Assembly (NCBI GenBank): GCA_020536535.1
Contig: JAHLWZ010000894.1
Span: forward strand, 1 to 56,432
Source: Pelomyxa schiedti
Taxonomy: Eukaryota > Protista > Evosea
Reading direction: 5' to 3'
DNA length: 56,432 nt
Below are positions 23,572 to 36,512 of this stretch, in pieces (position 1 is the first letter of the stretch; every line of letters starts with the position of its first letter). The notes below the pieces were generated by a model. That model was not told where the DNA came from. It searched no databases and saw only the letters and a program-made list of their open reading frames with translations. Position numbers and translations under genes: made by a program.

Positions 23572-26170
23572 TTATATCCTCACTTGTGTGGGCACAATGT
23601 ATACAAAAATATTCTTCTTTAAAACATTGTGGAGGGATACAACGATAGCTCTTTCTTTTGAGGTGGTTTTTTGTACAAATTCACTGCGAACTGACATGAA
23701 GCATTCTGCAGAGAAGCCTAATTCCGTCGCTTTGTTGAAGTCGTTCATATGTAGGAATGAATTTGCCAAGGGGATCTTTTTGGAATTGTTTAACTCAAAG
23801 AAACAAAGGAACGGGGAACATACCAGTGTCCCCAACAACTCGTACATTGTCACATAGTTCTGGATGGAACTGCAACGAGAAGCTGTAATGCATGGTCTAG
23901 GTTTTGTGTTAAGGGTTGGTTATTTTATCGTTATCATACTCCGGTTTCGTAATCTTTATAGTACAGCACAACGGCAGCAACGGAAGTTACAATGTCATAT
24001 CGCTCCTCCACATCACATCGAGTTGAAGCACACACTTCCACAGCACATGGAAGGTTTAACAGCCAGGAGAGAGGGGATCTGATTGATTCTAAATATTCAA
24101 TTTTGTAATGTAGCAAAGAGATGGCACACCTGACAATGTTATGCTTGTGAACTATGAGAGCGTTGTGTAGCTTTCGCAAGGCCCAGTTCACGAAGAACAC
24201 AGATTCACAGTTAACCCTAAATATAAGTTTGCTTGGCATAGGAAACAAGAGAAAGAAAACCTGTCGGCATGAAACATAATAATGTCAAGGGACCCTCCGT
24301 AACTATCAAAGTACTGTTGGATACCTTACGGAATTCGCAGGGATCATTACCTTAAGATCAAATTTACAATATTTCCCATCTTGTAGGAATTTTGGGTGAC
24401 AACGTGGGCATTCAACAAAGATTGCGGTATTTGATGCTTGATTGTTGATAGTGGTACAAATGGAGATAACCTCTTCTTCCCAATTTCGACTGAATAGAAA
24501 TGACTGTTGACAAACGGATAAAATAAACCGGTAACATACCTTTAGTATTGGGACAAACTGTAAAATATCTATCTCTATAACCCATAGCCTGCTTTTAGTG
24601 AGTGTTTTCTTTGAAAATTCGAAAAGAACACACAATAGGTACTCCCTTTTCAGTGACACAAATTTGTTCACCTACTCTGTGGATCTTATTGCAGCGCTTG
24701 ACAAAGCACTAAAATGTATTACAAGGAAACTTTGTATTTTGTAGGCGACTCTACCTGTAACCATTGAGGAACAGTGCTATATTCACGCTCGATCTTGGAT
24801 GCGTATTCAGCAACCTCATCCACAGCTCGTATTATAAGCCTGTTGAGAGTGTCACAGGCAAGCTGGTGCCCAAGGCATATGAAAATACTTGGGGATGGTG
24901 TCTTGAAGATGCCACATTAGCATAGAGCCATTAAACACTAATTACTCTATACCATTAAGCGGTCCAAAATTATACCCTCCATAAGGAGGCCAATGTCTTC
25001 ATGTGGTAATGTGCTGCCAAAGCTACTTGGTTCGTATACACTAGCGTCCCCCCCTTCTACAATGATCCCTCGAGTTGAACTCAATACTGCTTTTTAGTAA
25101 GAAAAAAATGAAAAGATAAGATAAAAAACCAGGGAGCAAGTTCTGCAGTGAAAGTGCTGACGTTGGTTCGTGGCTTATACCCGATTTCCACAACTGAATT
25201 GGACTGTGAGAAAAAGTTATGTTAGAGAAGCGGAGTACTGGAAATAAAACTGAGTCGCAATCGGCCACGACTCTTACAAGGTATGCTATATTCAAGCTTG
25301 CCCTCACTGGTCGCCTTTCATCACCAAGAAATCCAACATACTGACGAGGTTCAATCTTTGGAGGATTAAATACCATTTCATAAAAACTGTGCACACAATT
25401 GCAATCGAATTTCGGGCCGAAAATGGGTGTCTGACGAGATTTTCCAGTTCCAATGCATTTGAAATCACTGGAAGTAAAATTATATGAAATCAAAACCAGG
25501 AAATGAAATCAGCACACACCCTGTTCAAAAGGGAACTCCCCCCACACTAAGTAGAGTGTTAATACAATTGTACAGAATCATTGCTGATGTACCAAGGCTA
25601 CTCCGAAGCATGACCTCATACTCAGGGCCTAATTGGTCACTTTGCTCTTGCGCTTGGGGAGGGCTTCCAGTGGGCTCCGTTGTGTAACGACGTGGAGGTG
25701 AGTATGGCACCAGAAAACTTCCCGGAGCCAATGATGCAGGGTGATGTTTTCTCGTGTTTGAAGGAATTTTGATAGACTGGCTGCACTCCTGCGGTTCCTC
25801 GTCTGGGAATAGCAGAGGCACACTGGATTCTGTAGGTGACGCCGGGGCAGTTGTAGGAGTTTCATTCCCACAGTATTGCCTCGGTACAACAGTTGCACGT
25901 TTGGAAAACAGAAACTGCCCCAGGAGAATCTAAAGTAAAACGCACAAAATGCATTGTTAAATAACATATTAATGACATTATAAGCAAGATTGGTAAGGAG
26001 GAAAAAAAAAAAGAACAAAAGAAAAAAGAACGCACTTGGAACTGAACGAAGGTGGAGCGACACGCGACGGGCATTGGGGGCATTGGTGTGATCTCAGAGG
26101 GTGCATGCAGTACTATTGGAGTAGTAGTGGCGGACAATGCAGCAGGGCTCACACAAGATCTGAACTGCAT
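23572..26170 (-). CDS. Class I glutamine amidotransferase-like protein with large insertions, multi-intron
   Basis: Spliced motifs GIIVEGGDASVYE, IFICLGHQL (nucleophile elbow, ~24863-24880), IIMFHADRV, VEVCAST, FSLQFHPEL (~23858-23872). The Cys-His-Glu triad is complete. Some N-terminal splice junctions are ambiguous. Confidence 0.8.
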
Positions 26171-26513
26171 GTTGGTGGTTTGCTTTGTAAAAAAAAAGGA
26201 AATCTTGGTGGGGAGATTAGTTTGCCTGTTATTGTCGCGTCTCCTTCTTGAAGGTTCAACCATCACCGACTCACGGAATTTCTGCAGAATTTCCTCAGTA
26301 ATGAGACCTGGGTTCCGATCAAACGGGCAGCGAGCCACCCACAGCACTCGAGGAATTTGGAGGGGCACTGGTACACTGACGGATTTTGAGAAGGCTCCTT
26401 CAGGGTTACAGCGGTCCCACAATCATCAATTCTAGAGATCATTTCCCACGATTGAAATTATTTTTCGGAGGGGAAGCGCCACATGGAGGTCATAGCACGA
26501 GAAAAGAGAAAAA

Positions 26514-28477
26514 ATGCAATGGGGGGGCGATTGTGGAAGTAGTGGTGGCGCCAAGACCCATAATGACGGCGGCGGCGCATCGTCACCCTCAACAGCAGAC
26601 CCAGAAGAACAGCAACAATCCGAGACAGCACAGAGATCCCAGCCCGTCCTGGAAACGTCTCACGCGATCTGGTCCTACGTCATCCCATCATCGGGGCCGT
26701 GGCGCTCGGTAGACTTCGTGTGCTGCGCCGAGGCGTTTTTCCCGCTGGTCGCGTTGGCGGTTCGCCGGTGCGCGGCCGCCGGGGGGCCGAGCCCCGTGCT
26801 GGGCCTGGCCGCGAGGTGGGGCTGCGTCAGGGTCGTCGGCTGGATTCTCCGTAACTACGTGGTGGAGGACGACAGGATTATGGGAGGGGCAGGTGGGGGA
26901 CCCAAAGACTTTGGCTTTGGCTGGACTGACACCACTGGGACTGCTACGACGTGTGGACCACTTGGGCACATCAATGGGGGTGGTGGTGGGATCGGGACTG
27001 GGACTGGGAATGGGAATGGGAATGGGACTGGGACTGGTGGACTGAGACTGGTTGCTCCTGGAATTTCTCAGCTGGCTGTGGAAGAGGCTCTGTGGGGCTG
27101 TGCCGAAAGTGGCTCTGTCTGTGGCGCCAAGTTGGTCGCGGCAAGGCTGAAGCGGGGCGTTGTTCCGCAGTTGTGCCTGGGCCGTTGTCTGAGGTCATCT
27201 TGTGAAAATGGTGAGTTTCAAGAGCGCGAGAGGTGAGAAGTTGAAAAAAACACGAGTAACTGGGTAAACACACTAATCACTAATCATATACATTCACAAA
27301 AAAACCCCAGGACACCTTGAGTTTTTGGAGTGGCTTCATGAATACACTGGATTCAGCAGTACCGAGGCCCATGGAGCGTGCTGTCTTCCAATGAGGCTTG
27401 CGTGCAAATGCGGTCACCTCCATGTTGTGCAGTGGTTGTGGGGCTTGTTTTCCTCCCATCTTCCAGTCTCATCAGAGTGTCATTACCACCCAAGTTCGAA
27501 CAATATATTTGGTTCACTTTCTACTCCCCTGGAGATGCTGTGCTATGCTTGCGCCAGAGGAGACTTCGCGATGTGCACCTGGATAAAACAAACCATTCTG
27601 CCATATGTTTCTACCATTGCCGACCCATGGATCAAGGAGCTGATGATCAATTGCCTTTGTGTCAGTGGCAGCCCTCAGTTGGCCTCCTGGGTCCTACAGC
27701 AGTTTGCGAACTCATCGGCTTCCACGACACCATTGCCTCCCACAATGCAACGCATGTGTGTGGATGTACTTCTGGAGTGCTGCCATCGTGGACAACTCTA
27801 TTCAGCAAAGTGGTTGTGCAGGCACTTCGCTCTCTCCGATTACAAGTCGGCCATGTGTGCTGTTGAAGTTGGAACTCCACCTGAAGCCCCGCTTCTGCTC
27901 TTTGATGACGGGGTTCTCGGAATGGCACTTGCAGCGTGTTGCTCCAACGGTTTCCTGGAGATGTGCCAGTGGCTCAAGGAAGAGTTCTCGCTCGAAGGAA
28001 AGCACGCCCGCTACATGTACAACAAGCCTCTGAGGTGCGCCTGTGAATGTAATTTTCTGGAGGTTGCCCAGTGGCTCGCCGACACCTTTCATTTGACTGC
28101 TGAAGATGCCAGAACACAGGACAATGACTGCTTACTGATGGCCTGCCGGTGTGTCAAAACAAAACAAAAAAACAAACCCATCACAACCACTCGCGTTCCA
28201 CAGCGTCTATACATTACCTATATAGAAATTATCATCACCAAATTAAACTCACACTGAATAAAACAGGAAAGGGAATTTGGCTGTGGCCAGGTGGCTGACC
28301 GAAAAGTTTGGGCTCACAGTACACGACCTCAGGTCCCGCAACGACTTCGCACTCTGGTGGGTTCAGGCCGGAGCTCATAGGCACGTGGCGAGTTGGATTG
28401 AATCGACTTATGGGATCACCTTCCGCGACCAACAGCGGCACTGGGCCGGCATCACATCCGCATCCATGACCCTGTAG
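26514..28477 (+). CDS. Ankyrin-like repeat protein, 2 introns
   Basis: Repeated AC..GHL.V.QWL...F.L units (ACKCGHLHVVQWL, ACARGDFAMCTWI, CCSNGFLEMCQWL, ACECNFLEVAQWL). Confidence 0.8.
26993..27036 (+). repeat. (GGGACT/GGGAAT)n hexamer repeat encoding GT/GN
   Basis: gggactgggactgggaatgggaatgggaatgggactgggact. Confidence 0.9.
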
Positions 28478-28568
28478 CCAAAAACCCCTTGTTTGTAGTA
28501 TACATAGAACACAGCAATAAAAACAAAAATTGTCTCCCTTTTTCTTGTTCCCAAAATGTGTAGTGTGG

Positions 28569-29701
28569 TCATGGGGTGGCAATGGAGGCTATTAGGGCAG
28601 CCGTAGTGGCCTGAGTTGTGGGCCATGCAATTGTACCAATAACAGGAATGGATAGAAGTGCAAGTAGGGGTCCCATAAACACCTGTGACTGTTAGTTTTG
28701 GGTTATGGGGGGAACTTATTACTGTGATTCTAGTCCGGTTTTGTGCTATGAACTCCCTGCGCTTCTTTGATTCTAGTGTGCATAAATAAGGCTCCGCCAG
28801 TTCGAAAAAAAGGGAATGAACAGCAAACCTGTTTACGGGTTATCAAGGCTCAAAAAAAAAAAGGAAAAGGAAGTGATACCACGACTTGATTCCAACATTT
28901 GTTAAAGGAGACCATATTGACAGAACGGAAACAAACAAGGCTATAGGCCACTTCATAGTCTTCACCAAAAAATAAAACTGCACTGCTGGAAGAACCAAGA
29001 ATCCAAAGAGAGGTGCATGTGACAGAATGAAGATAAACGATCCAACCACCACAAACTTGAAAGCTTGCTTGCAAAAATGGAGAAACCAGGGCTTGTTACA
29101 TTTTGGTTGAGCTTTTATATGCTGACAAAGTTCTGGGTCAATTTCGTTGAGTGTCGTGAAGAACAAGTCCTGGTAATGGATACTTGTGTATCGTTGAAAT
29201 GAATAGTTGTTTCCCCATCCCAGCTAATGAACACATAAGAGAGGGACTAACCGTGGATAATTTCGGATTTATAAGCCTGAAAAACACAGTGATGACAGTG
29301 GGAACAAACATGCACAGGCTGGAAAAGAGGCCAAGGGCACCCCAGAAAACAGAACGCTCTGAGGGATATTTATATCAAAGGCGATTGCTTTTTCATAAAA
29401 GAAACCTGGAGTGGCAGACCGAAACACGAGAGATACAATGAACAGCAGTACCCTGTACGGTATGTACGCCACGTGATGTACGTAGAAGTAACCACGATCA
29501 ACTTTTGGTCTCGTTAATAAGTACTCTGTGTGTTTGCAAACAAACCGACGAAGCAGTGATCCTTGCTGATTGAGATCTCACTCTGTCGTCCGAGATCGCC
29601 ACCGACACGCCATTTTTTAGTGTATGTAATGACAGTCGCACCAAATGCAATGTGTCAAGAAATCGAGACACCACGCCCCCATCACCGCCCGTGTTCTTCA
29701 T
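28569..29701 (-). CDS. Multi-pass membrane protein, EI24-like
   Basis: Several TM exons, DLFFTTL.EIDP, ELAEPYL...KKRREF, LLSIPVIGTIAWP..QATTAAL. Family assigned by pattern only. Confidence 0.55.
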
Positions 29702-29864
29702 TGTTTTTTTATTTTTTTATTAATGAAAATGGCTGAATAAAAAAAACACCAGACCGCCGATCCTGAGCGATGACAACGAAAATGACAGCGTTCCGGTCTG
29801 TTGATTATTTTATTCAGCCAAATGCCAAAGAAAAACGTGTAAGTTGTGGTGAACCTTTTTTACA

Positions 29865-32222
29865 TCAGTACTGAGGGATTTCGGGCATGAACATTGGCAG
29901 GGAATCAAGGAGAAGCTGAGGGGATGTCTGCTGCAAGAAAACAGCCTCGAGCAGCGTGCTGACTGGCGTCAGGACTGGTGACGTCCCACCGGTGGCCTGC
30001 TGCTCCCTTCTCACCTGCTCTGCAACCACCTCATTTTTCTTACTGTACATCTGGGACTGGAGCCAATCCACAGCCTTTTCTTGTCTGGGCAGAGACCGCA
30101 GAGATTCACACAATCCTGCGATTCCACCATCAAGGAACATTTCGGCACCCACAAAGGCGGCAGCGTGCGCTGCCGAGGGCCGCATGTCAAAGTTGCGATC
30201 CAGAATCCTCTCAATCAATGTGTGCACGCACGGGCAGTCCTGTTTTAGCAGGTAACCGAGTTCGATAGGTTTGTCTATGACCTCTTTTTCTGAGTTGAAG
30301 AGGTCAGTGTGGTTACCGCAGCAGAGTCTCCAGAGAACGCAACCAACAGCCCAAACGTCGGTCTTGGCGATGTTATACCAGCCCCTACCGCTGAAGTACA
30401 GGTGAGATTCTTAAGGAGTGAAGTGGGAAGGGGAACTACTTACTCATTATGCGGAGTCGTCGTCGTGGAGGCTGCTGCACTCGGTGTTGTGGGCGCCGGC
30501 GTTGGTCGAAATGATGATACAGTCTCTGGCGCTCTGTTCTTCATATTTCCGGAAAGGATGTCGGTATAGACGTGCCTGCGTTCAAGTCCTGACGGGTCGA
30601 TATACACTGCATCCCCAAAGTCACACAGTACATAGAAGTGCCCGTCAAACCCGCTTCGCCGAATGAGTTGGATGCTAGTCACGTCGATGTTCAGGTGGAA
30701 CACCCCTCTACTGTTGAGGAAATCTACTGTCGACAGCAACTGAAATGCCAGCTCCTGAAGCTTCCGAGGGTGCAGTCTAATGCCTTCCTTCTCTCGCAGT
30801 TCTGACATTCCCATCTCCCGGACAATGTAAGTTGCCTTGTCTTGGGGTGTAATGCATGAGGCAGAGTGCATCTGCTGCAAGTCAATAGGTCTTTCAGTTT
30901 CAGGCACCAAGCAATGTGATTGGCAGGCTGTGTTGTCCAAGTTGTCCTTGGCAGATGGTTTCAGGGATTTAAAGGGTTTTTAAGTAATGTCCGGAACTGA
31001 CCTGTTTTGGACCGTGAAAGAGGGCAGAGATATTTGCAATTCCCAAGTGGGGGTTGTGCAGCAGAGTGTCATTCACAAGATCATGGTGAAATGTGTGGGG
31101 AATGAACATCTCTACCGCATGAGCTAGGAGTTGTGGGTGCGTCTTAGCCCTTCTCGCAAGAATCGCACCCTCTTTCAAGTTCAGCTCCCAAACGATTCCA
31201 TGGACTCCTTTTTTCACAACCTGTGGGTTACTCGTCACAAGTAAGAAAAAAAAATCAGAAACGAAACAGTGGCGCAGAAATTTATGTCATCCATTTGAAG
31301 GGGGCTCAGTGCAGTTGCATCAAAATATGTCAATCGTGCAATCTTGAATCCAAGAGGTTAAAAAAAAAAAGAAATAAACGGAAGAGACCTGCTGGAACTT
31401 GGCATCTACAAGAGCTTGATAATGACGATCACGCTCTACTGTTGCGCTCCGCCCCTCGTCCTGCGGAGTTTCCAGAGCTAAGGCATCTCTTCCCCTGTTT
31501 CTATCTTGGTCTTCCGCAATGCTGAGTATCAGGGGAGTCATAGGTGTGGCAGCTGCCTTGCCGGCTCGTGTGTCCCGTTTGTTTGTTTGGTTTCTGAATT
31601 TGGTGCAGTAAAGGATTGTAAGAAGGACTCCGGCGGCAGTTCCCTCTGCAATCAACATCGTACATGTCAGGGCCATTAAGCCTAGAGAAGAACACGATGA
31701 GCCACTCATGACGCTGTGAAATACATAAGAGAAAAGAGGAGCAATGATTCGTACATAAATTGCAGTATAAAGACTGGCAGGTCATCTTTATTGCAGTTAG
31801 AACCGATCAAAGAAAAAAAAGAAGAAGCAGGCTCTTACAAAGCACCACGAGCACATTGGGAACTACAAACAGCCACCCCTACAATTAGGAAAGCTTTAGT
31901 CCATTTGTAGTGAACCCACCTAGATACCTCAAAAAACAGGCAGACCGACATCATGATGACGCTAGCTCCTCCGCCTATACTTCCAAAAGCAGCCCCGGCT
32001 AGCAGCTGCATTGCGGGGTGATTAATAACTCAAACTCCGTAAAGCAAGCAACTTCATTACAACGAGACCTACGTCGTAACAGTCCTCATGTTCTCCACAG
32101 TCGAGCGCAACTGCCATGCCGGTACCAAATACAAGGCCACAATAGCACCATATCCCTAGCAAGCCCGCTACCAGGTCCCTCTTTGTCAGGCCCCTCCGTC
32201 GCTGGGCGCACACACACGGCAT
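29865..32222 (-). CDS. 4-TM protein with a C-terminal PINK1-like pseudokinase domain (copy A)
   Basis: MPC start and four hydrophobic segments, then VVKKGVHG, AHAVEMF (K>E), HLNIDVTS (HRD lost), CDFGDA, GNMKNRAPE, KTDVWAVG, RPSAAHAA. The frame is intact after splicing. Confidence 0.8.
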
Positions 32223-32369
32223 CCGTGCTTCCACAAACCAACAGTTCTTCCGTTGCTTCGCGAAAGAAAACAACTGGCTTGGGCCACGTAACCAGCATTT
32301 TTGTCAAGTAGGTGTTTCACATTACGGGGAGGGTGTTGATTACCGAGATTCTAATTTTGCGTAAATTAA

Positions 32370-32860
32370 AAATAGAGGGAGGGAATGAAGAGGTGAAGGG
32401 AGTCAAGGAGAAGCCGAGGAGTGGTCTGTTGCAGGAAAACCTGTGCTGACTGGTGTCAGCTCATGTGTTCCACTGATGGCAGTGGGTGGAACGGGAGGTA
32501 TCCCGCTGCATCCTCACCAGCTCCTTTTTTTCCTGTTGCATGCGATTCCTCAGGGTTTGCCTGGGAAGGAGAAAAGTGAACCTAATTATCAGGGGAAGGA
32601 GGAAGCAAGACAAACCTTTGAACTGCCGAGTTATTACAGAACTGATACATAAACATGCGTCAATTGTTCTGTGATCTATATTCCAAAAAAACCTTGCCAG
32701 CAGTGGTCACTCGGTTAAAAACCTCAGATCTTTAACCGAGTTAACTAAATTTAGTTAACCGTATTGACCACTGCTTGCCAGTAATGACCTGGCGGAACTG
32801 GAATTCTTCAAAGTTTGAGAAACGTGTTCCAATTGTTCCTTCGCGCTAAGAAGTTGTTTT
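32370..32860 (-). pseudogene. Internally deleted relic of a third pseudokinase copy
   Basis: Retains the 3' end (VFLQQTTPRLLLDSLHLFIPSL) and the frameshifted juxtamembrane exon end (LLSAKEQLEHVSQ...CAG|gtcatt) homologous to copy B. Most of the kinase domain is missing. Confidence 0.75.
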
Positions 32861-33162
32861 TCCCGCTGCTGTTCTAACTTATTAACAGATTGGCAACAAA
32901 AAGAACAATAGAATTGCTCTGGCCCAGAACAATTAACTACCATATACCCATCTGCACGGCTTTAAGCCAACCAAAAAAAGAGGAGGATCAGGCAGATTAA
33001 ACAAACATGTAACAAGGCCAGTCGTCGTGGTACCATGGTCCATTTTACTCCACATTCAGCTGTTGCCAAGAACGCAATTACCGACAGACATTTCTGAGAT
33101 TACGAGAGCGAATGATGAATGATAACAGACCTATTCTGGTCTCAAGTTGTAATCTCACAATT

Positions 33163-35532
33163 TTAGAAGAGAGGGAGGGAAGGAATGAAGATGTGGAGGG
33201 AGTCAAGGAGAACACGAGGGGTGGTATGCTCCAGGAAAACAGCCCTGAGAACTGTGCTGACTGGTATCGGAGCCGACGGACCAACGGAATTCACCAGCTT
33301 CTTTTTTTCCTCATGCAACTGAAACTGCAACCAATCTTCAGGTTTTGATTGCCTCCGCAGAGAGCCACACAAGCCATCGACTCCATCGGGAAGGAACATT
33401 TCGGCACCCACAAAGGCGGCAGCGTGTGCTGCCGAGGGCCGCGTAGCGAACTTGCGATCCAGAATCCTCTCCAGTAATGTGTGCATGCACGGGAATGATT
33501 TCAGCTGGTAACCAAGGTCAATAGGTTTGGTCCTGATCTCTTCTTCTGTCTGGAAGAGGTTGATACCGGCACCACACAGAAGTCTCCAGAGAACACATCC
33601 AATAGCCCAAACATCAGTCTTCGCGATATTATACAAAGCCCTGTGAGAGGAGAAAGGTATTAGTTTTATCTGTGGGAACCTCAAGACGAACCTTTGAACT
33701 GCAGTGGCACCTGAGTTGTTGTCAGACACTACAAGCTGTGGTGTGAGAGCCTCTGGTGCTCTGTTGGTTTTATTCCCAGCAAGGCCCTCAGGGCAGTTGC
33801 ACTCCGCTATTCCTGGACCAGTGGGTTGTAATGGGTCAACATACACGGCATCGTCAAATCCACACAGGACAATAAATTGCCCATCAAATCCTTTTCGCTG
33901 CATGGTGAGGATGCTGTTCATCTTGATGTCCATGTGGAACACTCCTCTTTTGTTGAGGAAATCAACTGTAGAAAGCAACTGGAAGGCCACTTCCAAAAGC
34001 CTTGATGGGTGCAGCTTGATTTTTTCCAGGGCCACCAAATTTGAAAGTCCCAGCTCCTGAACAATGTACACTGTTTCCTTTGGGAGTGGCCTGCGTGCAG
34101 CAGAGTGCTCGAGGTGGGGGTCAACCGGTTTTCCGGCGTAATCGGGTGCCAAGGATTGATGTGTGCTGTCCACAGGAAGCAAGTTGGTCTGAGCAGAGGA
34201 AGGGATTTCAGAAATTCGCAGAACTTTGAGAAATAACTGACCTGTGTTGGACCATAAAAGTGGGTGAAGCTATTTGCAATCCCCCAGTGGGGGTTTTGCA
34301 GCAGAGTGACATATTCATTCCCAAGAACATGGTGCCGAGGTCTTGGAAGATTTAACAACTGCAATTCTATAGCTTTGGGAAATAGCATTTTGACTGCAAT
34401 TCCTGGTGATAGATTGCGGTATACGTCTATCTGGGTCGAAAAAATTGAGTTTGCTTTCAGTTTCACCTCAGTAACAACTCCTTTGGTTCCGCTTCCAACA
34501 ACCTTTGGACATTACAAGCTGGCAGTAAAGTAGTGGTAAAACTTTAGCACAATGGAATTCCAGGTCCTCCATGCCAAGAGACCTCAGTGCCGATACACCA
34601 AAATCTGTAAGCCGCCCGACCATCTATATTTCGAAGAGAGTAAAGAATGAAAATAAATTAGAGAATGACCTGTTGGAAGAGAAGCTCTTCTGAATATTGA
34701 GACACCCGCTCAAGTCGGGCTTTGGCCCTAAGCAGTTCTTGCTTCTGCTCCTGTGGAAGGTCGTCTTTTTTATGCTTTTGTGCTGAGGAATCATGTTCAA
34801 TGTGTATATATTCAGCCTCCTCAGTGCCTAAATTCAGTGGACCATTGGTCCGAGATGGAGCAGTTTTCTTGCTGACGAGGCCTGGGTGCCGATTGTCTCT
34901 GTGTTTTCTGATTTTGGAGTACATGATTGTAAGAAGGAGTCCTGTGGCAAGTGCTTGAGCGACAAATATGATGACTGCCAGTGTATGTGTGCTGGAATCA
35001 GCACAAGATGACACCGACATGAAACTAGGCAATACATGAGAGAAATAGGAGTAACGGTACTATACACTGTCCCCACGATGAAACATGCAAGGCCATCTTA
35101 ATCTTGCATTAGAAAACCATAGAAGGAAACAAATGCATACAGAGTACGACAACAATTTGAGGGAACAATAAGAGCCACCCCTGTTCGGGGGAAAAAAAGC
35201 AGGTGAGAAATGGCGGCAACAGTGAGCAGTGAGTACTTCAAAAAGGAGAGAGATAGGGATCATCAACAAGTCAACTCCAGCTGCAGGAATTGCAAGAAGG
35301 ACCCAACCTATAATCTGCATGCGATAAGTAGTGCAAAAGAGTGTCATATACCAACATCATCACAAGCAGCTTCCTGATGGCAGGTGGCAGTGCAGAACAA
35401 GGAGGTTTCACCCAGGCGACCCACAAGAATTGAGCCGAGGGTGACCACAGCGCAACAAGTAATCATAGTTACCGGCATAACCACAAAGAGATCGTGTGGC
35501 GCCAGACTGCTTCGGCGTATTCCGCACGGCAT
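33163..35532 (-). CDS. 4-TM protein with a C-terminal PINK1-like pseudokinase domain (copy B)
   Basis: Same exon structure as copy A. GSGTKG, IAVKMLF, HMDIKMNS, CGFDDA (DFG lost), GNKTNRAPE, KTDVWAIG, RPSAAHAA. Confidence 0.8.
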
Positions 35533-35866
35533 CCCGAGGTAAACAAAAAAAATCAATTAGCCGCTTTTTCCTGGAAAAAAACCGAGTTGGTTTGTTTCCG
35601 TAAAAAAGGTGGTTGTGCACCCAGTCAAGGCTGCACGAAAAAAGCTTCGAAGTCCCACCAGAAAAAGAATGGCTTTTTTCCTTCGTCGAAGCTTCGAAGC
35701 ACCACCAGTTCTTCGGCTTCGATTGTTTTTTTTTTTCCTTTTCATGATGTTTCCAACACTAGGATTGTTGCCCCAAACCATGTGTGTCGTAGTTCCGGCA
35801 GAAAAGGAAAGTTTTTCAAGGAATCATCAAATCTCCGAGTCCCCAGTCTACGAACCGACTTGGTTC

Positions 35867-35905
35867 TGGGCTCGAATCGAAGGTGTGATTCGAGCCCACC
35901 TTCGA
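35867..35905. repeat. Overlapping inverted repeats (12-bp perfect stem, alternative 9-bp stem)
   Basis: tgggctcgaatc/gattcgagccca and tcgaaggtg/caccttcga. Confidence 0.85.
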
Positions 35906-36512
35906 GGTCGAAGCTGTTCTTCGATTGTTCCCCCCTTCGTGCATCCTTGCACCCAGCTAGAGAGACAACTCAATTGATCGGCCGAATTCTGACAAACCTA
36001 AAAATAGACCACTGAGGGGATAGAGCGAACTGGGACGGACCTCGAAAAGGAGGAATATCGTCACTAGACAGTGTAGTACAGTGCAGAGTGAGAGTAATCC
36101 ACCCTGTGGTGACTGTGGATTATGTGTTATTTGGGTGGTATTAAAGTTACAAACTCCTGTACCTCCCTCATTGGTTTTCTCGGCCACAAGTGACCCTCGA
36201 CGTCCCTGCTCGCGCCAACAGTCCTACCCACGGTGTGACACATCGTATGGACGCACATCTGGGCACGGAGGCCCTGTGGTTCCGATGTTTGGGCCCAAAG
36301 GAAAAAAAAATACTTTGATTGTCAGTAGAACAACCTTCAAGCCTCTTAGCCCGCGGCAAAGGGTCAATTCGTTGTAAAACACATAGCCCACAAATAGGAG
36401 GAGAAATCAGCTCATTTGGCCTGAGTTCAGGGGAGGTAATCACCAAATGAGTTTCTGCAGGAAAAGTACAGCACGAAAAAAAAAATTTTCTAAGTCAGTG
36501 ATGTTCAACGAA

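Noticed and set aside
23620-23645. U12-type donor-like GTATCCCT on the minus strand
   Set aside because: The match is imperfect, there is no U12 branch site, and the frame is open without splicing.
35860-35930. tRNA-like TTCGA loop
   Set aside because: There is no acceptor stem, D arm or anticodon arm in a cloverleaf arrangement.
35957-36446. Short ORFs with intron-like signals, and a U2-like GTGTAGTA near 36071
   Set aside because: I could build no coherent gene model, and the flanks do not match U2 snRNA.
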